A stretch of DNA of 63,859 nucleotides, counting the filler, from Phoronis australis (lineage: Eukaryota > Animalia > Phoronida): NCBI GenBank assembly GCA_002633005.1. It is 8 parts of 8 records of this genome, joined end to end, with 100 filler letters (N's around TTAATTAATTAA, not from the genome) between each part and the next. Parts side by side here need not be neighbours in the genome. Positions count along the whole stretch, not along the records: positions 24,871 to 42,799 come from NMRA01000720.1; positions 42,900 to 47,232 come from NMRA01001223.1; positions 47,333 to 50,524 come from NMRA01003153.1; positions 50,625 to 53,068 come from NMRA01003666.1; 4 more parts are not named here. The stretch is one strand, 5' to 3'. Positions 39,391 to 51,985 of this stretch are shown here, piece by piece. Made by a program: the position numbers and the translations under genes. A model generated the notes under the pieces. That model ran no database searches and had not been told where the DNA came from. It saw only the letters and a program-made list of their open reading frames with translations. Each line of letters opens with the position of its first letter. Position 1 is the first letter of the stretch.

Positions 39391-40976
39391 CGAAACCCTT
39401 AGCGACTCAGAGCTACATGTATAACACAGCAAAATTCGTAATGTTTTACGACTTTATTACAAATCACCAATTCTCATCAAATTGCGTCATGAACTTTGAA
39501 TTTCCTGACGTCATATAACAGTTGTGTCGGAGCTCAGTGCCGTTTGCATGAAACAGCTCCAAATAGGGAATTGGCTAAGTTTTATAAATCTAATGTGAGC
39601 CTCTGGACTTGTGAAATCACCGCTTTTTCACGTGCTTTCAATAATTTATATCTACTGACTCAAAGACTGACGTGGTTCCGCTGCGCTTGTGTATTTGTGT
39701 CATGGTCTAAGCTACACTTTATATAGCTGTAGACAGTAACCGTGTATTCTGTGGCGAACATAAACTGAAAGAGGTGGCCTGAGTTGTTCACAGTTGTAAC
39801 CAGTGACACGTGACTGGAAACAACCATTCACAGATTAGTACTCCTCTATCATCATGCAAATGTACTGGCAAGCTGAAGATATTTACATTCTCAGTAAACT
39901 TCCCAGGAGAACAAGAAAGCTTTATAAGTAGTAAAATATTCACTTGTCACGGCAGTGAAACATTACTCCGGCGTTATTGCGGATTCTACGCTTGCTTCTG
40001 AGAAGACTGCCAAGTTGGAATCTTAAAATACAGTAGCTGTAAATTTGGCCAATGAAGGTAGTTGAATTGATCCGTTACCAGTGTCGCCATTTTGCAGACA
40101 GCTCTTCATTGATTGGTTGAGGTAACTGCCTAAGGTCTAGTTTTTCAAAAACCTTTCTCATACCCTTTGTCAGCCCATGAAAGACAACAAAGCGCTCTTT
40201 CATGTGTACAACGCTAAATGACAACAGACATTTGCACAAGCGCGTGGTCCGGGGTCGATACTTCAACTCTTTTACTTGCCGTGTGACTAGAACGTTGTAA
40301 CCCGGCGTGCTGTCAGTAGCGCTAGGACCTACGCTAGGACCTACCTAAAATCTAATCAGAATCACGTGTTATCTTTGAAAATACACGGCAATACCTAACG
40401 TAATGTCGCGAAGTCTTGCTTTTTAACGAAGTCCTAACGCCACTGAACGAGAGGCAGTTTCAAGTAGCTGCACCCGCCCGTCTTGAATGGCAGTGTATAT
40501 GCAATGCGATGTAACCCTGCCAATACACGTTGAATTGTATATGCAATGCGATGTCGCTTTTTGACACCACCAAAATCAAAATCAGGAAGCTATCAAGTGC
40601 GATCAAAAAACGTTAATCTAAACTGTTTGTCTAACACCCGTGTACCTACATGCATGTGCTCCTATAGCATTCAGTACATATGTGTACCTCTTTCAAGGCA
40701 TACTGACTGTGCTGGAGCCTTACCGGAATGTTGATTCATTTTGACTTTCCATTAGTGATCGATAATAAAATAGTTTAAACAAGATGACACATCTCGCACT
40801 ACAAGTCAGCATTTATTTGTCCACCCCACATCTGTATGTTTTTGTAGACAGGCATAAAGTACGTACTGATCTTTTACTTGTAAATATTTTTCAAAATGAA
40901 ATAAACTGTATTTCGAAACTCTGATTTTTGCAAAATAGTAAAACAGCTTTGTTCCTTCGCAGTGAAAATGTAGACN

Positions 40977-41524
40977 TCGAAGCCTTCATCGACTCATGAA
41001 AAAGCATCACTAAAACTTGCGAATTCGAAAAGGATACACGTACGTTTGCTTGCTACTTGAATTGGCCTGGGAAACATAATTATTTTACAAACAATGTTAA
41101 GAAATCAATTTTACAAGAGTAGAAACATGCCTTTTCATGTATTTATCCTAAACAGGGGGGTATGGATATTTTGAAATCCAAGACACTTCGTATTCATGCA
41201 GATCACTGTTATATTGCTAATTTACAAAAAGGAAAAGACATGCCAGTGCTCATTATGCCCTCACCGTTGAGTCTATCGCAGTTTGTTATTAAACCTTGAG
41301 TATCTACACTATACTAAAGTTGTCCACTGTTATCCTGTTAACGACTAGAATATCTATGTTATACTAAAGTTGTCCACTGTTATCCTGTTACTGACTAGAA
41401 TATCTATGTCATACTAAAGTTGTCCACTGTTATCCTGTTAACGACTAGAATACCTACAATATACTAATGTTGACCACTGTTATCCTGTTACTGACTAGAA
41501 TATCTATGTTATACTAAAGTTGTC
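40977..41524 (+). repeat. Near-exact direct duplicate of 38864 to about 39362, starting immediately after a single n
   Basis: Offset 2113 nt; no differences seen before the minisatellite. Confidence 0.9.
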
Positions 41525-41525
41525 A

Positions 41526-41636
41526 TATACTTCCAAGTCAATGGGGGTACACCAGATACCTACCTGTCTATACTTCCAAGTCAATGGGGGTACACCAGAT
41601 ACCTACCTGTCTATACTTCAAGTCAATGGGGGTACA
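41526..41636. repeat. 43-bp tandem repeat, about 2.6 copies
   Basis: TATACTTCCAAGTCAATGGGGGTACACCAGATACCTACCTGTC at 41526, 41569 and 41612. Confidence 0.9.
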
Positions 41637-41764
41637 CTTGACACTGTACTTCTGCTCATTATAGCGAGACTTCCACATATCGATGGGATTACTGTGTAGA
41701 CGGAGGTGCACCTCTGTCTGACCCATTAGCCAGCCATGGTCCACATTGGAGTAGCCATCTTTGA

Positions 41765-42037
41765 ATGAACATTACATAAAGTTATCACCCTGATGAACAG
41801 TTACATAATTAAATCATTCTGATGAACAGTTATATAATTTGATCGTTTTGGTGAACAGTTAGTTATCACCGATGATGAACAGTGACATGTGATCACAATG
41901 ATGAAAAGTTACATAATGCAATCATTTAGATGAACATTTTACTTAATCTGATCACTGATGAACAGGAACATGTGATCACTCTGATGAACAGTTACATAAT
42001 TTGATCACTTTGATGAACAGTTACTTAATGTGATCAC
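41765..42037. repeat. Degenerate ~25-29-bp tandem repeat
   Basis: TGATGAACAGTTACATAATTTGATCACTC-like units repeated about 10 times. Confidence 0.8.
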
Positions 42038-42705
42038 ATATACTAAGCACACCAACTGGGTCATGAAAAGGATATTACCATAGCTACGCACACATAAAGA
42101 ATCATTAATACAGTCCAATTTCCATATTTTATAATTGATGCGACAATTCTTTATTTTAAAGACGTATTAGCATGCTCTTAACTATGCTTTTATATAGTAG
42201 GAACTAATTGAAAATGCTATCTGAACATCATCTACCCAAAACAAAGTGCTAAAGTATTCAATGACAACCTGTTAACGTGAGAACGAAAAATCTGAACATA
42301 AGTGACCTTTGCACTAGTGACGGATTTTGGGGGCTTACAGTGCCCACACCATGCAGCGTTATTTCACAACACCACATAACGATACCTACTAGATACGGTT
42401 GAGTGACTTACAATGGATCACTTTCCACACAGAACTTGTTCTTAAAATCATGTGGCAATTTCTAATATAATTCATAATCACATGGTCGCCATATATTGTG
42501 TTTCTAACTAATATGCACGCAAGTTCCACTTCAAGGGTATTTTTATTTAAACGTTCAGAAATATTGCTATGGAAATCAATGCATACAAAAGTTGACCATT
42601 AACTCATATTGCAAGACAAAAATTCATAGGCAGACCAGTGGAACCTTTTGCAACATAGAAAATAAAGTATAATGTGGGAGTAAAATCAGTTACAAGGACA
42701 GTTGT

Positions 42706-42799
42706 AGGTCAGGCAACTTGAGACAGTTGGAAGGTCAGGCAACTTGAGACAGTTGAAGGTCAGGCAACTTGTGACAGTTGGAAGGTCAGGCAACTTGTG
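42706..42799. repeat. 25-26-bp tandem repeat running into a gap
   Basis: AGGTCAGGCAACTTGAGACAGTTGGA at 42706, 42732, 42757 and 42783. Confidence 0.9.
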
Positions 42800-43249
42800 N
42801 NNNNNNNNNNNNNNNNNNNNNNNNNNNNNNNNNNNNNNNNNNNTTAATTAATTAANNNNNNNNNNNNNNNNNNNNNNNNNNNNNNNNNNNNNNNNNNNNG
42901 CCTTCTAGATCCTACTAGTGCCTGGGACAAACAGATACATTGCATAAACAAACCCTGGATCATGTTTTGTGTCCCGTCGGAAGAAAATTTAAATTCGAAA
43001 ACATCTTCTGAAAACGCACAAAAAAGTGTATTAGTAAAATCTACTGATTTTTAAGTGGTTTTAAAAAACAATCGGTAAACTCACCGATTTTTGTCTCATT
43101 ACTTTGATACGTGTCTCTTCCGATAAGTTAGTACCTAACGTGCACACGAGCACTCCAAAGTGGAACGCTAAGTCCCGCATGGTTGCGCTGCACGCGAAAC
43201 AAGATGGCGGACGACATTTGGAGCCTGACGACAATAGGTAACCGGACTA

Positions 43250-44739
43250 TATGACACTGCGGACTAGAAATTCCATGGGTGCTTCACTTCAGCCGTCCAT
43301 AGCAAACACAAAACTCTATAAATTTACACTAAACAGGGGTTCAACAAACCATGGGCATGGCCCATGGGGAATTGTTCTTTCTGCCAATAACATTTAAAGT
43401 GTCCTGCTCCACCAAGTTCGCAACAAATTCACGGTCAAAGCACAAAAATATTCTCAAAAAATTGCTGCACACTAGCAATATGCTTCACACGGTCATGGTC
43501 AAGTAGGTTATGGAATAATCCAATGAGTTACGAATCGCCAGCAATTGCCGGTTCACCACGGAAGGTAGGCAATGACCATCGCCTCTGTTGCCACGAAGCA
43601 GAGGCGATGCAGGGGCTATAGGTGCTCTGTACGCCGGAAGCTTTTCGGTGAATTATGCCTCGCACCGACTAAACCATCAAAGTCACGTTGTTATAAATAC
43701 CTTTTGCACATAGAAGAACACCTTAGGAGATTGTCGATGTGTTTAATTCCTTCCAACTCGAACAAATACTCCTGTTATGAAACTTTTTCTTCGAGCAGTC
43801 CCTATTTCAGTTCCCAAAATCGTGAAATCAACTTTTTAATTTTTTTAACCAGGCCGAAGGTCAGAAGTTGCGGACCTACCGGCGAACTTTGAAAGCTGAA
43901 GTTCCCGCCCTTCGTGTACGTGCTGCCAGGAACCAGCCGTGCATTTGCCGTGTTGCAAATATGTGCACAAAGACTATTAAATGTCATATCAACAGCATTT
44001 CTTTTTATCAAATACAAACAATGATTCATTGAAATACAATACAATCAGTTTCAAGTAACGCCAATTAAAGACAAGTATAAGTGGTGGCATTTTGGAAACG
44101 AACATTTGACTGACAAGACCGCAATGGCTCACCTTTGGCCTATTTAAAGATTGAGCTCATGAATTCACATCACCTAGCGAGCGCGGTAAAAATTGGAGCG
44201 TGCGCAGTATAAAAATGGTGAGTTCACGATTTTGGGAACTGAAATAGGGACTGCTCGAAGAAAAAGTTTGATAATGGGAGTATTTGTTCGAGTTGGAAGG
44301 AATTAAACACATCGACAACCTCCTCAGGTGTTCCTCTATGCGCAAAAGGTATTTATAACAACGTGACTTTGATGGTTTAGTCAGTGCGAGGCATAATTCG
44401 CCGAAAAGCTTCCGGCGTACAGAGCGCCTATAGCCTCTGCATCGCCTCTGCTTCGGGCCAACAGAGGCGATGGTCATTGCCTACACGGAAGGTTACGAAA
44501 TGGTCTGACCTTCCGTGACAAACCGGAAATTTCTGTGTAGCATATTGCTGGTGTGCAGCGACTTTTTAGGAAGATTTTTGTGCTTTGATGCGAATTTGTT
44601 GCGAACTCGGTGGAGCTGGACACTGTAAATGGTATTGGGAGATAGAACAATTTCTCATCTTGAAAATTTATTGAGTTTTGTGTTTGCTATGGACGGCTGA
44701 AGTTAAGCCCCTGTGGAATTTCTAGTCCGGAGTGTCATA
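43250..44739. mobile_element. Foldback-like structure: long inverted arms 43250-43826 and 44223-44739 around a ~400-bp spacer
   Basis: The arms align in reverse complement (TATGACAC..CGGACTAGAAATTCCA...CCCAAAATCGTGAA), which explains the twin ORFs 43572+ and 44477-. Confidence 0.8.
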
Positions 44740-45269
44740 CCTTGTAGTATATTACCGGTATATAGTGTATTGGGGACGATCAGAAGCTGAGGACGCCTTT
44801 GGAGGGGGGGGGGGTTATTCTAAATCAGAAAAAATAGGCAGTCAGACATAGAACTACCTTTAATTAGGATTTATTACTTGGTTGGGCACTACTGCCTTCC
44901 GTAACACTACAAGATGGGGCAAGGGGAGAGTAGGTAGTATATACCGCATACACCTGAAGATTTCCTGAACCTTACCAGTTATGTTTCACAGTTTCAGTTT
45001 CACTCTACTGATCAACTGGTACGTACTCTTAGACCTTAGACAGTACCACCACCATCTCAACTGGCCCAATACAGTGGCATTAAGAAGTGCTACTCACATG
45101 TGTTGGCACCCCTTGCATTTTTTGCAAGTGATGGTTTTCAAAGAAATTTGACAGAATGTGGAATGTGTATCACCTTCATGTGTGCATCCAGGCAATTGCA
45201 TCACCTTGGATGCTGCAGGCATACAGGGGCAATTGTACATCCCATGAAAAGTTACGCATTTCAAAATAA

Positions 45270-45798
45270 AGTAAATATAATCAAATGAACCATACATATT
45301 GGGACATGGAATTATGATTAACACATACCATGACTCTGGCTACAATTTAGTCGGCAGAACTTGAACATATCCATGAAAATCTTTCGCGGTTTGCTCCAGT
45401 TTCTCTTACCGGGTGTAGTTTTGAGGAAGTTACGTGAAATAACACATGTTGACGAATAAAAAGTCCAAGGGACACAAATCTTAAAAATTCCACCTGATAC
45501 CTTCTCATACCGTTTTGCAAGTGTCACTTGCCAGCATCACGCACTTCACTCAGTCTCGCGCTAGCCTTTGCCTAACTCACAAGTTGAAATTCTTTGTGGT
45601 TATCGCGCGCGTGGTGAAAAAGTTAACGGTGACCAAAAATGTGGAATTGGAACTCTTCGCCAAGGTCACCTTAATTCTCATAATTAGCATAATTGAAGAT
45701 ATGTTTAGACGTAGAAAGGACCACTGAAGAACGTAAGCGCTTTTTCAAGAGATAGTTTTAAGTTTGGAGTATATTTTGACTAGATGAAAACTCTTAAT
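45270..45798. repeat. Interspersed repeat (second copy about 63130-63645), ends in CTC-TTAA
   Basis: Shared blocks ATACCATGA, CATGAAAATCT.TCGCGGTT, AAGTCCAAGGGACACAAATC, GTCACCTTAATTCTCATA, GTAAGCGCTTTTT and AAACTCTTAA. Confidence 0.75.
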
Positions 45799-47859
45799 CG
45801 GTGACGGGATTTGGCTTGCCGCCCATCTAAAATACACTAGACGAAATTCATACAGAAAGCGATGGGAAGTACTGTAGCCCCTAACTGGCCAACCGAGGGG
45901 CTACGTGTTGCCTAGCGCGCACCCAGCCTAAAGTATGGGGTGCTCGAATTTTTGAGAATGTGGACCTTTTACTAAACAAACGAGTTGCGTTCAGAGCTCT
46001 ATGAATTATGGAGTTTAGGTAGTTCCTGTGTTTTTAGTGGACTTTTGTCTCATTTTCTTCTTTTTGCACTATTTGGGCAAAATTGGGTTCCAAGGTTTAA
46101 CAACCTTGCGGAACATGCCTGTAAATAACTATTTACGTGTGTAGCCCAATGCTACAGTAGAGATGGTAGTGATCCTTTTGGTTCTCCATACATTGAAAGC
46201 TTTTTGGTAAATTATGTCTCTCACTGATTAAAACCTCAAAGTCATTCAATGTTGGCTTCGTTCAGTTAAACGCTTAAATCAGAAATCGACCATTTTTACA
46301 CTCCTCGCAATTGGGGATATGACATCAATTAGTGTTTCCCCTGGGTTTCGAAAGGAGAATGATAGTGAAGGATCTCCCAGCGATACAAAGTATGGGAAAT
46401 GGGTTTGACCATTGCCTGGTCTTCAAAAGGATCGTCGTGGTGAATGGTAGCAGCGAATGCAGAGCCCAACGCCGCAATAAAGTGTGATTTCAGTCCAAGG
46501 CCCTCAATCCCTCGACTTTGAGGCTCACCATCGGCCCCATTCCCCTCTGAAATTTAAAAGCACGCAAAATTCCCTAAAATTTCCCTCAAGCGATTAAAAA
46601 ATTCGCCCAATGGTTGGACTCACTTGTTACTCATACATGATACAGTTGATGATTTAAACAACACAAAATGTTATGTTTTGGCTACTTGAGGCAGAGCCTG
46701 TGAGGGCTAGCGAAAGGGATCAGGGTGCTATTGACAGCTGCCCGGGAGAAGAATTTTTCCCTTACTGAAAAAATTCTCCTATCAGAAGGCACAGGCACTT
46801 TTCTCCTCAGGTGAACGAGTGCCCTGTCAGTTCATGAAGAGTTTTGTATCATTCTAACATATTTTGATCACCAAATAGATTGCATTTGGAAGCAGACACC
46901 CTGGACAATATTAAAATTCTACGCAACTAAAACCCATTGAGATAATTTGTTTTAACATGTATGCAACCTTGCAGAAGAAGGGCAGTTGATTGAAGAATGA
47001 GCAAAAAAGAAATTAGCCAATAGGTGACGCTTTTCTCTGTGAAGCTGGAAGCTGATGCTAAGATCGTACCACAAGTGTAGTAGCCAAAAGTGTAGATGAA
47101 CACCTTTGGAAGCAATCATTGTCTTTAATCCTTCCAACTCAATCAAATACTACTCATCATTCTGTCAATCAAACTGAATCCCGAACGCCTTTACAGTCAA
47201 TGCGCTCATGGTCAAACGGAAATGTACTGAGGNNNNNNNNNNNNNNNNNNNNNNNNNNNNNNNNNNNNNNNNNNNNTTAATTAATTAANNNNNNNNNNNN
47301 NNNNNNNNNNNNNNNNNNNNNNNNNNNNNNNNGCCTTAATTGTTATCACTTGTCATTTTTGCTGTTAACAGGATTAGCCGTCATGGCGGGAAATCGGTAT
47401 TTTGTCTGATTACTTTTGTCTTGTACTGCGGGAGCTTTAAAGGCCCAGGCAGCATCATCTTTGAAAAGCATTGTTTTGGCTCTTTTTCTTCGGTGGAATC
47501 CTTTGCTTTAATACGTGAATGTATTCCTAATTACTCATGGTATCGGCGTGGACCATGTGGACTCCCTTATTTGCTTTTGTGGGTTGAGTCACCGCCACTA
47601 GCTTGGTTTGTACGGGTTTGAAATGTGTAATTTTGACTTGACCTAGTTAGTGTTGCATTGGGCTTTAAAAAAAGATTATCATCAAGTCTGAGGTTGTTGC
47701 ATCAAAACTTGTGTTGAAAAATAAATGACAGATTCATGAGATATACGTATGACATAGGTCACTTTTCTGTGAGTCACAAAATCATGTTTGAAATGTTTTC
47801 AGACTGTTGGTGATAAATTGTTTAGTGTTTCGTTAATGTCAGAATATTTCTGTTTACAG

Positions 47860-47961
47860 GGCCAGGCATGGCTGCTCCTTTGGTGTCAGTGGCCATAGTA
47901 GCAAGGACTGTAGCTCAGCTGTGGAACAAACCCATTATAGGGGTCAACCATTGTATTGGTC
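47860..47961 (+). CDS. OSGEP: tRNA N6-adenosine threonylcarbamoyltransferase (OSGEP/Kae1), internal exon
   Basis: tttacag|[34 protein letters not shown](H)|gtatc; matches the Kae1 GPG motif and the metal-binding HCIGH motif. Confidence 0.95.
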
Positions 47962-48862
47962 GTATCTTTTACCGTATTATTACAGTTTTCCAGACAATTT
48001 GCACGTTTTGCACGCATTTCTACAGGAATCTATGCAGTTTAACATCATTTTCCACAGAAGAGGTTATGCCACAGAGGCGTTAGGCTTTAATTTCTCACGT
48101 GCTTGCTGGTGATCTGTCATTTGAGGTTTAAAAAGCATGATCTTATCTGGTCATAAACGGTCTGTAAACAACTCGGGCCTATACTACAAAGCTTTTAACC
48201 TCCATGACGTTTTTCTGCAATTCGCTTCTAAAGTTTATGGATCTCACGCACAATAGACAGGTTCTATAGGTAGTGCAAACATGACTGGATTTTTGTCAGG
48301 CTTTGGGGGTAACAGGTCATAACTGTACAGGGCTAGACGCTTAACATAACACCAACTCGCCAAGTGTGAGCTGGCGAAATTCCCAAGCGGGAACTGAGGG
48401 TGGCAAACCCTGTCGGCAAGAGCCAAATTTGAAATGGGATACCTGAAATGAAAAGCCAGCAAACTCAGCAATTCTCCACCAGTGCGCACGAGATCTCGCA
48501 TACGAGTTAAGTGACGCCGTTTTTGAACACTTGCTTTTAACATGGGGTTGTGAGGGCTCAAACTTTACTCTGTTGAAGCTGAGGATCAGGATGCTAGAAC
48601 TGCTTTGGATCTGAGAGATGGACAAACTATCTATTCATTTATAATTCCATGAAGACGTAAAACCCTAGAGCACTTCAAAATTGAATTCAAAATGCATTAA
48701 AAATCTGTTTGAACACTTAGGGATCATGGATTTCACATATTAGCCACTGGTTGGAAATCATCAAGTATTTAGAAGTAGATTTTTTGCTGTTAAAGATGAG
48801 AATGCCACAGTTTACAATGAGACAGTTTTGTTAGTGTTATGCGTCATTAACTGTCCAATCAG

Positions 48863-48936
48863 ATATTGAAATGGGTCGACTGGTGACGAAGGCCGACAAT
48901 CCTACAGTGTTGTATGTGAGTGGAGGTAACACTCAG
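48863..48936 (+). CDS. OSGEP: OSGEP/Kae1, next internal exon
   Basis: aatcag|(H)[24 protein letters not shown]|gtaagt; in phase with the previous exon and carries the VSGGNT motif. Confidence 0.95.
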
Positions 48937-50353
48937 GTAAGTAATGGAAGAAGTAGGGCCTAAGGTCAAATGACTGACGGACACTGTGGAAAAGTCAATC
49001 ATAAGTAAAGTTGTGTTTGTTTTCTCTTCCGTGACCGACCGTATAGCATGTAAACAGCTCCAAGCGTTCTATTTGTAGTCTGAAAAAAGTTTTTCTGCTT
49101 GTTAATAAACAAAATATTTTGCAGTAAGGTAACGAAGTTTTCTTAAATTTAAACAAAAATAATGGCCAAAATTATGATCATTTTTTTGATTTTTCAAATG
49201 CCCTCTGTACTGCCAAAAATGTGTTTGTTGATGACAGCCGTACCATGCGAAGTTTTTAAAATTGTCATCTTGTGTACTCTTTTTGAAAAATTTGATAATA
49301 AAAATAAAATTTTAGCGTTCTGCCATAATGTGTTCAAATTTTAAGAAACTTCCCCTGTACTCATACGTTACTCAAAATATTTTGTCTGCCTCTTTCTCAG
49401 TGGAATGAGAGTATGGCTAGGGTAATGAAATATTTTGAGGATGGCCTAGCAACCAAATTTATTCATATCAGTATATTTTTACTATTAGTTTCATTTGTAA
49501 CAAAGCATACACATCAAAACAAAGAGAAAAATCTTTGGTAGAGACTGGACATTGACGATAAAATCTTGACATTTTTTTAAATTCATTTACAGTGTTGTAC
49601 AAAAATGGAGTGATATTACTAGTTCTAACAGCTTCTCTAGAATTTGGTGTTACAAGCTCTGTCAGCCCTTAAAGCAGTCTAGTGTAATGCTAGAATGAAA
49701 TTTCATGACTGAACGTTCTATAAAAACGTCATTGCTGCAGACCTGTTTATGTGACTTCAAATTACAATCATATGATTAATTCAGAGGTCACTTGGTGAGC
49801 AATGGTCATTGACCTTGCCGGTGACTAGCCCTGGAGTTAGGAGATAACTATTCTTGGTGGGAGGATCAATGGACTTTTGAATACTAAAGGATAATAGATC
49901 TTCATGTTATAGGACATCCAGGGGAGATAACTGAAAATCAGATGATATTTGATGACTAATATTGGGTATAAACGATTCCATGGGCGTGTCTCTGTCAATT
50001 CTTGTTATAATTCACTAATCCCCAATGCCGAACCACAAATGTCAAATCAACTTCACAAATTCTAGACCTGCACCTCCGAGCTCCGCACACATCAAAAATG
50101 CTGCATACTCGCTGACCAAACTTCAGTGTTCGACCTTAGGGTGCGGACCTGGTCCCTGCGTATCAAGTTTGATATACTAGGTATGGAGCGTTTGGAATTC
50201 ATGGCATAGGTCTGAGATTTGTTCTGCAGGTTTGGTGGTCCCGTACTGGAGTTAATCCCTTTTGGGAGATGCCATCAAAAACTCTACAAAACGACGCTTC
50301 TAGTTGACATGTAACCCTCGTTGTTGAAATGGTAAACCCATCTTTGGGTGTGG

Positions 50354-50524
50354 TTACTCTAATTTAACCTGTAGGTCAAAGTCTACATTGTTCATTTCAG
50401 TCTCTGGAAATAGTAAGACACATCTGTATTTGCCACACATGAGTGGAGTAAATGTAATTTCATACGATCCATCGCCAAAGTCGTCAATGGCCATATACAC
50501 TCTGTCTCCTTTTGGGTCGGTCAC
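50354..50524 (-). CDS. Terminal exon (partial, cut by gap) of a filamin-type Ig-repeat protein
   Basis: VTDPKGDRVYMAIDDFGDGSYEITFTPLMCGKYRCVLLFPETEMNNVDFDLQVKLE* fits the filamin repeat pattern V..P.G......D.GDG.Y...(F/Y)TP...G.Y...(V/L).F.......F...V. AATAAA on the minus strand at about 49458. Confidence 0.7.
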   Translation of the reverse strand: MTDPKGDRVYMAIDDFGDGSYEITFTPLMCGKYRCVLLFPETEMNNVDFDLQVKLE

Positions 50525-50760
50525 NNNNNNNNNNNNNNNNNNNNNNNNNNNNNNNNNNNNNNNNNNNNTTAATTAATTAANNNNNNNNNNNNNNNNNNNN
50601 NNNNNNNNNNNNNNNNNNNNNNNNATCCATTTCTGCGTGACTTGATGTCAGTAATTTTTACACTTCTTTGTCAATTTGTGGGATGGTTACTGCAAAGTTA
50701 ATACTGATTTTTTTTGCATTTGCGTCAGAAGTCATGTTACGTAAAGATTGTTACGATTGA

Positions 50761-51985
50761 AGTCCAACCTTGAGCTTTCTGTTTAATCGACATGTTGACA
50801 GTTTGCATTGGATGTACAAGTTATCGAACACCATTGTCACACAGTTTTGCTTGAATGTTTGTCAAGTCACGTCTTCAGTTCTGTTATGTCTGCATTGCGA
50901 TAAGTGTCAGTCAAACTTTGGCACTTTTTGCATGCATTGTGGACAAACTGTATTTTGGGTAATTCAGGCTTTCATAAGACTGTTTACTTCCTTATGAGAT
51001 GACTCACACAAAAATTGCAATATCATGCTTCAAAGGGCATCCTGTATTACTGGTACTATTTAACAAGCCATCTAAAATCTAAGTTGTTGATGAATTTTCA
51101 TGTCAGAGATTAAGACTTTTTTACCTATCAGTCCAACCTTGAACTTCTGTTTTTCACTTAGACAGTTTGCATTGATCAAGCAAGTTATGTAACAAATGTC
51201 ACAGTTTTGCTTGAATGTGCATCGAGTCATGCATTCAAATCCGTCAACATTGTGTTGATGTCAAACTCGACACTTTTTGTGGGCATTGGTGACAAACTGT
51301 GCATTGTGGAAAGTTAAGACTTTCACGAGACTGTTAATGTGAAACGTCTTCTTTCTTAAGGCCCTTTCATACTGACTTAACTCTGGTCTGCGTCAACGTA
51401 CGGTAAACGGCGAAGTTAACTGAACCGTTCATACCGGCTTCGGTAGTTAACAGACATCGAAGTAAACAGTAGATCACGCTGTTGTCATCAAAGTAATCAC
51501 AAGGCAGCGCTGATGCATCACGTGCACGCTAAGAGTTTTTTAATGTGACAATTTGGGAACATTTACATGTGCTAATTGACATAAAACTTATTTTTAATTT
51601 GATTGGTGATTATTCGAGCAAAATGAAAGCACTGCCCTTTTATAGTTGATGATGACAGTGGCCCCTGGTGATAACTTTGATGGGACCGAAACTGATCATT
51701 CATACTGCACCGCAGCGTTGACGCTCTGCTGTTAAATCTACCATATGTTTACTGCGAAGTTAACTGGTGCTGTTAACTGCGATCCAAAACCGAAGTTAAC
51801 CGTTCATGCTGACTACAACTCCCCAAAACATCGACGCATTGCTGTTTGTATGAAAAGGCCTTTGTGAAATTACACACTCAAAAATTGCAATATCAGGCTT
51901 GAAGGGGCATCCTGTATCACTATTTTACGATTCATTTGAATTTTAAGCTATTGGTTTATTTTCATGTCAAAGATTAAGACATGTT
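50761..51985. repeat. Degenerate ~370-bp tandem duplication; the second unit is interrupted by a MITE
   Basis: AGTCCAACCTTGA at 50761 and 51130; AAAATTGCAATATCA.GCTT..AGGG.CATCCTGTAT at about 51011 and about 51880. Confidence 0.75.
51360..51860. mobile_element. PIF/Harbinger-type MITE
   Basis: TAA|GGCCCTTTCATAC...GTATGAAAAGGCC; absent from the paralogous tandem unit. Confidence 0.7.

Noticed and set aside
39198-41636. Regular 50-bp and 43-bp repeats (also 88-bp at 30012 and 26-bp at 42706) as CRISPR arrays
   Set aside because: Head-to-tail units with no unique spacers, no cas genes, eukaryotic context.
41765-42037. Repeated CTGATGA as tandem hammerheads or C/D boxes
   Set aside because: No matching GAAA/stem II or terminal stems; a simple minisatellite.
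43572-44477. Twin 106-aa ORFs on opposite strands as a paralogous gene pair
   Set aside because: They are by-products of the inverted repeat, diverge exactly where the arms end, and show no recognisable domain.
45098-45213. Minus-strand exon-like segment (SKVMQLPGCTHEG...CKKCKGCQH) with AG/GT ends; similar isolated candidates at about 25305-25422 and 52834-52952
   Set aside because: No recognisable homology and no partner exons; not supportable without RNA data.
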